From: Treponema sp.
Lineage (GTDB): Bacteria; Spirochaetota; Spirochaetia; Treponematales; Treponemataceae
Direction of reading: 5' to 3'
Assembly (NCBI GenBank): GCA_024698325.1
Contig: JAILRG010000042.1
Coordinates: 5,497 to 69,496 of the forward strand
Length of the DNA stretch: 64,000 bases
Part shown: positions 20,292-28,083 of the stretch, piece after piece
Numbering within the stretch: the stretch's first letter is position 1
How the letters are laid out: every line of letters begins with the position of its first letter
Made by a program: the position numbers and the translations under genes
The notes under the pieces: model-generated
Databases searched by the model: none
Seen by the model: only the letters and a program-made list of their open reading frames with translations
What the model was told of the DNA's origin: nothing

Positions 20292-21389
20292 CTAATTGTC
20301 CATTGTCAGCAGCAGATCGCAGTTCCAGCCGGCGTCGGAAATATGCATAGTCACCAGGTTTCCGGTGCGGGTTGCCTGCAGGCTGCCGTGTTTTGAAAGC
20401 TGGTACAGGAACGAGTTTTCATTCAGATAATCCTGAGAAAGCGAAAGCGCGACATTGTAACTAGTCGTGCCGCTTTTACTTCCTGTAGCGCGGAACAGCA
20501 GGTAAAAAGTTTCGGCACGGAGCTTTCCGTCTGCCGCGTATTTGCGGTCGCCTGTCAGCAAAAAAGACCCGTCGCTTTCCTGCGTAGAAAAGTACAGCTG
20601 CCGGCAGCTGGGAAGCACGTCGTGTCCGTTTACCAGAAAGCGCAAGATTCGCGGACTTGCAGAAGCGGGAATCGTGGCAGAAACAGCCTCTGCACCTCCC
20701 TGGCCGCTTGCAGCAGCGCTCTCCTTCCGGGCGGCCACTTCCTGCTTTATTGACGTAAGCTCATTTAAAATCTGCTGGAGCATGAGCGAATCAGCAGAAA
20801 GCGTACTGCTTCCCGCCGCCTGCGTAAGCTTGCTGTTGTTTACTCCCAGCAGGCTTGAAAACGAGCCTATAAGACCACTGCTCTGCAGACTGTTTAAGTC
20901 GCCGGCAGAAAGAATTGAAGAGAGCTGATTTGCACTCTGCGTACTAGCTGCAAGCGAAAGATTCTGCAATGTAGCTGCGTTCTGGTTTGTCTGTAAGGTC
21001 GGGCTTTTCGGCGCCGTCGTGTTTTGCGTGGCGGCACCGGTGCTCGCAGCAGCCCCGCTTGTGGCAGTGCCGGCTCCAGACTTCGTGCCGTCAGCACCTG
21101 TTGACGAACTTGTTGTGTTCTTACGGGGAAGCGTCGGTGCATAAAAACCGTCTGAGCCGGGAACGTAAAACCCACCGCCGATGGAAGGCGTAGAAACAGA
21201 CGGCATCCTGGGCATTGTCGGCGTTACAAGCGTGGAATTATTCGCACCAGCTGAGGAAATCGGTATCCAGCCTTCAACAGGCTGCTGAGAGTTCTGCTGG
21301 CCGGACTGTGCCGCCGCAGCCCTTCCGAAAATCAGCAGAGACAGCGCACAAAAAGCACAGAGCGGCTTTCTCCGCTTACAGGTGCTCAA
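20292..21389 (-). CDS. hypothetical exported Ser/Thr-rich protein
   Basis: Probable TTG start after GAGGAG, signal-like N-terminus, low-complexity middle, globular C-terminal domain. Confidence 0.7.
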   Translation of the reverse strand: MSTCKRRKPLCAFCALSLLIFGRAAAAQSGQQNSQQPVEGWIPISSAGANNSTLVTPTMPRMPSVSTPSIGGGFYVPGSDGFYAPTLPRKNTTSSSTGADGTKSGAGTATSGAAASTGAATQNTTAPKSPTLQTNQNAATLQNLSLAASTQSANQLSSILSAGDLNSLQSSGLIGSFSSLLGVNNSKLTQAAGSSTLSADSLMLQQILNELTSIKQEVAARKESAAASGQGGAEAVSATIPASASPRILRFLVNGHDVLPSCRQLYFSTQESDGSFLLTGDRKYAADGKLRAETFYLLFRATGSKSGTTSYNVALSLSQDYLNENSFLYQLSKHGSLQATRTGNLVTMHISDAGWNCDLLLTMDN

Positions 21390-22182
21390 GGCTCTCCTCC
21401 ACAAGCTGCAAACGCTGCTTGAGCGCTTCAATCGTCTTTTCAAGGCGGTTCTTTTCTTTTTCAAGCTTTTCGCGCGGGTCAGCGCTGCCAGCTTTTTTCT
21501 TCATCAGCTCGCGCACAGTGTCCGGCGTTTTTCCGCCCAAAATCTGCTGCTCGGCAGAGGCGCGCTCGTCCGGCTTTTTAATCGCGGCGACTTTTTTCAT
21601 GTTGTCAAAACCAAGCGCCGGATTCACAGGAACGACGGCAACCTTGGTGATGTCTCGCGCCGTGTTGCGCGGCAGGCACAGGATGCGGTCAAGGTAATCT
21701 TCGTAGCGGATGTTCGCCTCTTCGCAAAGCTCGTGCGCCTTCACCAAAAGCTTTCCGAATTCCTGCATCAGCTTGCCGTTTGCTTCAACATAGTTCGTGC
21801 GGATGTTTTCCGTCAGCTCTTTCAGCTCCGGGTAATCATCAAGATTGATTTTGTAGATGCCGAGCGCTTCAGCCTTTTCAAGCAGTTCATGGAACTTTGC
21901 CCAGAAATCGGCCGTGTGTACCTTTGAACCTTTAAGCGGAAGCTGTCCGCCAGTCTCGTTATACCGCTGTTCTGCCAGCAGGTGATGCGTATATTCGTGA
22001 ATAGCCGTATAGATGAGCTGCATGTCGCTCTTAAAATTCTTGTTATGCAGAAGGATTTCGCGTGTCTCTGGCTTATACAGGCCGTTTACGCGAGTGCTTT
22101 CTTTTCCGGTCATCGTCACGGTAAAGTCAAGCTCGCTGTTTTCAATCTGTAAAAGAATCTGCTTAATCTGTTCGTTGTCCAT
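21376..22182 (-). CDS. hypothetical protein with HExxH motif and C-terminal coiled coil
   Basis: AIHEYTHH...VHTADFW (SprT/zincin-like). TATAAT lies 7 nt before the ATG. Confidence 0.8.
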   Translation of the reverse strand: MDNEQIKQILLQIENSELDFTVTMTGKESTRVNGLYKPETREILLHNKNFKSDMQLIYTAIHEYTHHLLAEQRYNETGGQLPLKGSKVHTADFWAKFHELLEKAEALGIYKINLDDYPELKELTENIRTNYVEANGKLMQEFGKLLVKAHELCEEANIRYEDYLDRILCLPRNTARDITKVAVVPVNPALGFDNMKKVAAIKKPDERASAEQQILGGKTPDTVRELMKKKAGSADPREKLEKEKNRLEKTIEALKQRLQLVEESLEHL

Positions 22183-22236
22183 AGCGGCTATTATAGGCGA
22201 TTCAAGCGGTAAAAACAACAGCGCAGAGATGCTCCC

Positions 22237-22644
22237 TCAGGGATTCCGCATTATAAGCACGACAAGCATTGTTTGCATGACAGCTACCAGAAAAGCACGG
22301 GCGGCTACGCGCGAGTTTGCTACGCAAACTCGTAACGAAAGCCACGCTTTCGTCTCGTCGGGAATTTGTATCGGACTCACTCGCATTCGCTCGTTCGCCC
22401 CCGACAAGCTGGCTCGCGCCCGTTCTGCTTTTCTTCTCGCTGCCGGACAGGAATGCCGCACTTATACTGCGGATGAGCAAAAACAGCCGTGAGGCAGGTT
22501 CGCTCCGTCCGAACCGCCTTGTGCGAGCGAGCAGCGAAGCTGCGAGTCTAACACCCGATTCGCACAACCGCGGTTTTAGGACGGACGGTTCTGCCGGAAG
22601 GCTGTTTTTGGCTTTACGATAGATGTATAATGCGGAATTCTTGG
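22237..22644. mobile_element. non-autonomous MITE-like element with structured interior
   Basis: TIRs cagggattccgcattata / tataatgcggaattcttg (16/18), flanking direct repeat (g)atgctccc at 22228-22236 and 22644-22652, no credible ORF. Confidence 0.72.
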
Positions 22645-22658
22645 ATGCTCCCGGCTGT

Positions 22659-22973
22659 TTACTGTCGGGTAGGTCGTTCTTCCTGCCAGTCTTTGCTGCT
22701 TATAAAGAAATGGTCTCCTGACCTCCCGTCAATTCCTGTAGCGAATTCAATGCCGTCTTCGGGCCGCTGTTCTTTGAAATTTGAAAATGAGTACCAGAAC
22801 GTACATTCCACATCGTTATCGTCATTATCAACGTATTCAGAAGGGAACTCGTAGAAAAAGAAATAATTGCAGTCCTCCCGTTCGATTAAGGAGTTTGCAT
22901 CGATAGGAAGCTTAATTCCACTGTAATACCAGGCAAAGTTTTTCGACGCCTGTATGAATTCTTCTTTTGTCAC
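22659..22973 (-). CDS. small acidic hypothetical protein
   Basis: 104-aa lower-GC ORF, GTG start after AAGGA. Confidence 0.6.
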   Translation of the reverse strand: MTKEEFIQASKNFAWYYSGIKLPIDANSLIEREDCNYFFFYEFPSEYVDNDDNDVECTFWYSFSNFKEQRPEDGIEFATGIDGRSGDHFFISSKDWQEERPTRQ

Positions 22974-23097
22974 TTTTCTTTCCTTATGCCTTGAGGTTTT
23001 TCAAATGTACACTTTTTTCGCAGCAACGGGAACCGCTGTAGCCCGCCCCTGTCTTGTAAGCCTTTGATTTTTTCACACATAATACGTAGGTTTATCT

Positions 23098-23997
23098 ATG
23101 CGCACGCTTTCTGATTTTTACCAGTCGGTCTTCGGCTGCAAGGCATACAAACTTTCGCTGGACGCAGGCTGTACCTGCCCCAACCGCGACGGCACCAAAG
23201 GAAGGGGCGGCTGCATTTTCTGTTCCGAGCGCGGAAGCGGCGATTTTGCTTCCGGCGGCGCAAAGCCGGTCGCCGAGCAGATAACGCAGGCAAAGGCGCT
23301 TGTCGAAAAGAAACTGCGCGGTCGGAGCGGCACGCGCACCGGCGTATACATCGCATACTTTCAGAACTTTACGGCGACCTACGGAGACCCGGCGCGGCTT
23401 ATTGCTTTGTACCGTCAGGCGCTTTCCCAGGAAGGCGTTGCCGGTCTTGCCGTTGCCACCCGCCCCGACTGTGTAAGCGACGAAATTCTTGCTGCCCTTG
23501 CAGAAATCGCCCGCACGCATTTTGTGCAGATAGAGCTGGGCTTGCAGACAAGCAACGAAGCGACCGGCACGCTGATTAACCGCTGCTACACAAACACAGA
23601 TTACGCAGATGCCGTGCGCCGAATCCGAGCTGCCGCCCCGAACATCCACATCGTGACGCACCTGATTTTCGGCCTGCCCGGCGAGACCGAGCGCGACATG
23701 CTGGAAAGCGTGCGCTTTGTAGTGCAGGCAAACGGCGGTGCCTGTAGCTGGGGCATCAAGCTGACTTCGCTCTACGTCGTCACTGGCACAGTGCTCTGCC
23801 GCATGTACGAAGAAGGCCGCGTGCAAGTGCTTGAAAAAGCGGCGTATTTCAGCCTTGTCAAACAGGCGCTCGCCCTGCTCCCCGAAAACTGCGTAGTGCA
23901 CCGCCTGACCGGCGACCCGCCCAAGCGCACCCTCGTCGCTCCGCTCTGGGCAGCAGACAAAAAGCGCGTGCTGAATGAGCTGCGGGCGCTGTTGTAA
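23098..23997 (+). CDS. TIGR01212-family radical SAM protein (YhcC/YtqA-like)
   Basis: TCPNRDG...GGCIFC, AYFQNFT, ATRPDC, IELGLQT and HRLTGD motifs. Confidence 0.9.
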   Translation: MRTLSDFYQSVFGCKAYKLSLDAGCTCPNRDGTKGRGGCIFCSERGSGDFASGGAKPVAEQITQAKALVEKKLRGRSGTRTGVYIAYFQNFTATYGDPARLIALYRQALSQEGVAGLAVATRPDCVSDEILAALAEIARTHFVQIELGLQTSNEATGTLINRCYTNTDYADAVRRIRAAAPNIHIVTHLIFGLPGETERDMLESVRFVVQANGGACSWGIKLTSLYVVTGTVLCRMYEEGRVQVLEKAAYFSLVKQALALLPENCVVHRLTGDPPKRTLVAPLWAADKKRVLNELRALL

Positions 23998-24045
23998 TGC
24001 AGTAATATCTTTAGCATAAAAAAATCGATACATAAGGATTAGAAA

Positions 24046-24546
24046 ATGGAATTACGGAAACTCAACACGCAGGATGCCTACGCTCAGTGGGAATATACGA
24101 CAGCCTTGCCTGCGGATGAAAATGGTTTTACAAACCCCTATACGGGTATCTCCTATGACGAGTATATCGAAAAAGCACTGCCGACATTACTGTCACACGA
24201 GCATCCGGTAGATATGCCGGACTGGTTTGTTCCCGAAACGTATTATTATTTGTGGGATGGAGATTGCCTGGTCGGTGAATTCAGAATTCGGCATCATCTG
24301 ACAGAAGTATTAAAAAATGGCGCCGGACATATTGGCTACAGTATTCGAAAAGACAAACGCGGCAAAGGGTATGGAACAATCGGTTTGAAGCTGACGGTTC
24401 AGATAGCAAAAAACATTATTCCGGAAGATGAGATATATCTGCGTGTGAACAAGGACAACATTCCCTCTCAGAAGGTTATGCTAAATAATGGGGCATATAT
24501 AGCGGGAGAAGATTCTGGGCATTTATTTCTGAGAATCAAGAAATAG
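24046..24546 (+). CDS. GNAT-family N-acetyltransferase
   Basis: GHIGYSIRKDKRGKGYG and NIPSQKV motifs. Confidence 0.85.
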   Translation: MELRKLNTQDAYAQWEYTTALPADENGFTNPYTGISYDEYIEKALPTLLSHEHPVDMPDWFVPETYYYLWDGDCLVGEFRIRHHLTEVLKNGAGHIGYSIRKDKRGKGYGTIGLKLTVQIAKNIIPEDEIYLRVNKDNIPSQKVMLNNGAYIAGEDSGHLFLRIKK

Positions 24547-24631
24547 TAAAACCTGCGCGCAGACAAAATTCCTGACTGCTATGTTACCGCTTTTCCAAAA
24601 ATGTAGTACAATGCAGTAAAGGATAAGGCTT

Positions 24632-24904
24632 ATGATGTACCCATTTATGACATTAAACGACGATACGGAAATCACACACTCGGAAATGCGAAAAGACGGC
24701 ACTGTAGAAGTCTATGTCGAAACTCCAGACGAAAAAGATGGATTTCACAACGCGAAATGCATTCTGCCTGCACAGAAATGGCAGGATGTTTTTGGTTACT
24801 CCAAAAACGAAATGTCATATTTCCGGGAACTTATAGATTCCACAGCTCATTTGATTCTTGAATTCTCACAAACTGGGGGTATATTGAATGCCGCAAATTT
24901 TTAA
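24632..24904 (+). CDS. hypothetical protein of the type usually paired with a DUF4160 gene
   Basis: 90-aa ORF (MMYPFMTLND...) with RBS; its 3' end overlaps an MPQIF start. Pairing is from recall. Confidence 0.7.
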   Translation: MMYPFMTLNDDTEITHSEMRKDGTVEVYVETPDEKDGFHNAKCILPAQKWQDVFGYSKNEMSYFRELIDSTAHLILEFSQTGGILNAANF

Positions 24905-24932
24905 TGTCGGTTCTTATCTGAAAAATCTATAG
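24888..24932 (+). pseudogene. 14-codon remnant of a DUF4160-like gene
   Basis: MPQIFNVGSY resembles the N-terminus of DUF4160 proteins, then stops. Confidence 0.5.
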
Positions 24933-24978
24933 GTGACAAATTGAAACTCCTATAATAAAATAAAGAAGGGGTTAGAAA

Positions 24979-25239
24979 GTGCCATTACTGAGTGAATTTG
25001 AGGGAATAAAAATTTATATCTATTGGAATGATCATATGCCGCCACACTTTCATGCTGAATATAACGGTGCAGATATTCTTGTTGATATAAACTCCGTTTC
25101 AGTTCTAAAAGGAGTTTTCCCGGCAAATAAACTCAAACTTATTTTGGCATGGGCAGAAATTCACAAATCAGAACTTTTAGACAGATGGGAAAAGGCAAAA
25201 AATAATAAAATGCCTGAGAAGATAAAACCTTTGGAGTAG
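24979..25239 (+). CDS. DUF4160 protein (putative toxin)
   Basis: GIKIYIYWNDHMPPHFHAEY...WAEIHKSELLDRW...IKPL. Confidence 0.85.
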   Translation: MPLLSEFEGIKIYIYWNDHMPPHFHAEYNGADILVDINSVSVLKGVFPANKLKLILAWAEIHKSELLDRWEKAKNNKMPEKIKPLE

Positions 25240-25242
25240 TCT

Positions 25243-25524
25243 ATGGAAGTTGTACAAGTTTACCCGCAGGACAATTACGATGTCGTTCTCTATTTTGTTG
25301 ACGGAAAAATCAAAAAATACAATGTTTCTCACCTTGTCGGGCAAGGTGTTTTTAAGTGCCTTGAAGACATCGATTTTTATAAAAATAATTGTACTGTGTT
25401 AAATCATACTTTGGCATGGACTCTCGACGGCAAATATGATTCTTCTAATTGCTTAGACCTCGACCCTTATGTTCTTTACAATGACGGAACCGAAATAGCC
25501 GACCCTCTGCAGGATATTGCGTAA
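25243..25524 (+). CDS. DUF2442 protein (putative antitoxin)
   Basis: Directly downstream of DUF4160; LYFVDGKIKKY...TLAW...LDLDPYVLY. Confidence 0.8.
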   Translation: MEVVQVYPQDNYDVVLYFVDGKIKKYNVSHLVGQGVFKCLEDIDFYKNNCTVLNHTLAWTLDGKYDSSNCLDLDPYVLYNDGTEIADPLQDIA

Positions 25525-25565
25525 TCCCATTCTTGCAGTTATTTCTATGCTTGATATGCCAGAGG

Positions 25566-26786
25566 CTACAGCCACCGCGATACCGGTAACGCAAAGCGGA
25601 TGATTGCCTCTGACAAATGCAAACGGCATTCTGCATCCAGCACGATATGCGCAACAATGTAGCCGATGACAGCAAGCTCCACGACTGTAAGCAGTTTGGT
25701 GAACACAATCTTTGTGCGCAGGCCGCAGGAATATTCAAAGCTGATGTAGATAAGCAGGCAGAACGCGATAAAAATCAGGAACTTATCAGCCACAAGCGAA
25801 CAGGCAAGAATCGACATGGCAATCATCAGCACAGAGACGATTTTGCGACCACTGTTTTTTGAGTGAAGCGCCACAAAAAGCTTAAAGAGCGAAAACAGCA
25901 CAAGCGCGGCTGTGATAAACAAATTGCGCCAGACGAGCAACGCAGCTTCATCAACGCCGGGTCTGTAAATTGCAATCAGTTTGAAGTATTCGCCTTTCCA
26001 TGAAAATGCTTCTGCAAAAATTGAATCTTCACCAAATTTGTAGTTTGCAAATGGCAGTAGCTCCGGCTTTATTGCAATCACAACGGCAGCAATAAACAAA
26101 AGGCTTGCAATCACATCTATAAATGAAAGCATAACAAACGCTGCTTTTTCTTTAAGTGCCTTTCGCCGTCGCTTTTTGTAGGATTCAGCGGCATTGGCAG
26201 GCGGCTCGTCAGAAACAGGCTTTGCAGATTCTTTATTCGTGTCAGCCGCAGCTTTCGCAGATTCAGCCTTTTGCTTTGGTTTGCGCTTTAATTTTTCCGA
26301 CATTGCTGCAAGTTTGTTCAGCACGCCGTCAAACACGTTGCGCGCGGCTGCAAACGGCATGTTCTTTACAAGCACGCCCAAGTCAGTCTGCGGAACCGTG
26401 CCTTGTGCAAAGCCGTAGCGCAAAATGTCGCAGAGTGTAGTGCCTTTTTCGATGGCGAGTGCTCTGAAGAAAAATGAAAATGTTGTGTCTGCGGATGCTA
26501 TTTCAAGCCGCAGCATTGAGCCTTCTTCATGTATGCGGAATTCTGCCTGCGGAGAAAGCTGTTTTAATACAAAGCCCGTCACAGGCTTTTCGTCTGCTGG
26601 AAGCCGCCAGCGCACCGCCTTATCGGAAATCACGAAGCCGTGCCGCATAATCGGGCTTATCCAGACTGCACACAAAAGCGTCTCGTCTGCAGCGGATCCG
26701 AACAGGCTTTTTATCCATTGCGCGGAATTTACGGCAAAAGTTTTCTGCAAATACAGGTTTTTGGTGGCAATCAGTGGTGCTTCCAT
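25566..26786 (-). CDS. hypothetical membrane protein
   Basis: Soluble N-terminal half and about five C-terminal TM segments; AAGGAG RBS precedes ATG 26786. Confidence 0.75.
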   Translation of the reverse strand: MEAPLIATKNLYLQKTFAVNSAQWIKSLFGSAADETLLCAVWISPIMRHGFVISDKAVRWRLPADEKPVTGFVLKQLSPQAEFRIHEEGSMLRLEIASADTTFSFFFRALAIEKGTTLCDILRYGFAQGTVPQTDLGVLVKNMPFAAARNVFDGVLNKLAAMSEKLKRKPKQKAESAKAAADTNKESAKPVSDEPPANAAESYKKRRRKALKEKAAFVMLSFIDVIASLLFIAAVVIAIKPELLPFANYKFGEDSIFAEAFSWKGEYFKLIAIYRPGVDEAALLVWRNLFITAALVLFSLFKLFVALHSKNSGRKIVSVLMIAMSILACSLVADKFLIFIAFCLLIYISFEYSCGLRTKIVFTKLLTVVELAVIGYIVAHIVLDAECRLHLSEAIIRFALPVSRWL

Positions 26787-26842
26787 GGGCAATGCTCCTT
26801 TAGATTTAAGCATATTTTACACCGTGCATCCGCCAAAAACAA

Positions 26843-26983
26843 GGAAAATACACGATGTATCTACTCCGCTGCGTTCCAGCAGCAAAAATACACGGGATAT
26901 CTGCTCCGCTACGTGCCAGCGGCAAAAATACACGGGGTATCTGCTTCGCTATGTTCCAGCCGCAAAAGTACATCATGTATCTG
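26843..26983. repeat. 40-bp tandem repeat, about 3.5 copies
   Basis: Unit caaaaatacacgggatatctgctccgctacgtgccagcgg at 26843, 26883, 26923 and partly at 26963. Confidence 0.9.
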
Positions 26984-26993
26984 TCCTGCGCTT

Positions 26994-27031
26994 ATCTGCG
27001 ACCAATCTGCGCACATCCGCGTTCATCTGCG
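26994..27031 (+). repeat. ATCYGCG heptamer array with 10-11 bp period
   Basis: Heptamers at 26994, 27005, 27015 and 27025; another at 27088. Confidence 0.75.
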
Positions 27032-27138
27032 TCAAAAAACTGCCGCCCATGCCCGAGCCTTCGCATGCCCGTCGCCTTCGAGTGCTTATCTGCGACCCCG
27101 CATTGCGCCGCACCGCCGTTACCGCGTATAATCTCCGC

Positions 27139-27921
27139 ATGAATATCTGCCTGTTTACAGAAGAAGAAGTAAGGCGCCCCCTGGCAAAGCGGGACGAGCG
27201 CACACAGCATATCATCAAAGTCCTGCACAAGAAGGAAGGCGACTCTTTTGATGCCGGCATTATCGGCGGCAAGGCGGGAACAGCCCGTATTACCAGGATT
27301 GTGCCGAAAGGCGAGCCGGGCGAGGGCGAGCTTTCTTTTGAGTTTACGCCCGAAAGCGACGGAAAGCCGCTCTATCCGCTCTCACTCATCGTGGGCTTTC
27401 CGCGGCCAATACAGCTGCGCCGCCTGCTGCGCGATGTGGCAGGGCTTGGTGTGTGCGCCGTACACCTGACCGGCACCGAACTGGGGGAAAAATCCTACAT
27501 GGAGTCGACGCTGGTGGAAAAAGGCGCCGCCTACAATATGCTGCTCGATGGCACTGCCCAGGCAGCAAGCACCCACGTGCCCGACCTCTTTATGCACAAA
27601 AGCCTTGCCGACTGCCTGGAAGCCCTAGCGCTTACGGAAGCAACGTCCCTTATCACCCTCGATAACGTAGGCTCATCAACCTCGCTCCGCGACTTTCTTG
27701 CTTCCCAAGCGGCCGGCGGACACGATGTTGCCACAGCGGCAGACAAGGCTCCGGTCATTGCGGCTATCGGAAGCGAACGCGGCTGGACTGAACGGGAACG
27801 GGCGCTGCTTTCTTCGCGCGGCTTTACCCGCTGCAGCATGGGATGCCGCATACTCCGCACCGAAACGGCCGCCACCGTGGCCTGCTCCCTGATTCTGGAC
27901 GCCATGGGAAAACTGAGCTAG
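27139..27921 (+). CDS. rsmE: 16S rRNA m3U1498 methyltransferase
   Basis: HIIKVL, IGSERGWT and GCRILRTETA motifs. TTGCGC-N18-TATAAT lies just before ATG 27139. Confidence 0.9.
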   Translation: MNICLFTEEEVRRPLAKRDERTQHIIKVLHKKEGDSFDAGIIGGKAGTARITRIVPKGEPGEGELSFEFTPESDGKPLYPLSLIVGFPRPIQLRRLLRDVAGLGVCAVHLTGTELGEKSYMESTLVEKGAAYNMLLDGTAQAASTHVPDLFMHKSLADCLEALALTEATSLITLDNVGSSTSLRDFLASQAAGGHDVATAADKAPVIAAIGSERGWTERERALLSSRGFTRCSMGCRILRTETAATVACSLILDAMGKLS

Positions 27922-27961
27922 CCGCGACGCAATGCAAGGCACAGCAAGGCAATACCTTTTT

Positions 27962-27990
27962 TTGACAATTTCAAGAATTCGTGTTATCAT
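27962..27990 (+). promoter_or_regulatory. sigma70-type promoter
   Basis: TTGACA-N17-TATCAT with TG extension, upstream of the peptidase pair. Confidence 0.7.
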
Positions 27991-28083
27991 CGGAGGCAGT
28001 ACGTAAGTATACGCAAATATTTCATTTAAAAACGTGCAGTGCTTTCAAGCGGTACAGGCTGCTGGAGGCGCAAGGAGTTTTAG

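Noticed and set aside
22202-22622. ORFs inside the MITE-like element
   Set aside because: Arg/Ala/Ser-rich translations typical of palindromic DNA, with no RBS or transposase motif.
23092-24033. 313-aa antisense ORF (and similar shadows such as 179-913 and 2485-3249)
   Set aside because: These mirror well-supported genes on the other strand and show no recognisable motifs.
22659-25524. Integron cassette array (small low-GC genes, GNAT, TA pair)
   Set aside because: No attC-like repeats between the genes, mixed orientation, and no integrase.
26843-26983. CRISPR or TIGR-like array
   Set aside because: Units are contiguous with only point variation, there are no unique spacers, and no cas or other effector gene is nearby.
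26425-27138. 238-aa N-terminal extension of RsmE
   Set aside because: It overlaps an opposite-strand gene and crosses repeats; a promoter sits directly before ATG 27139.
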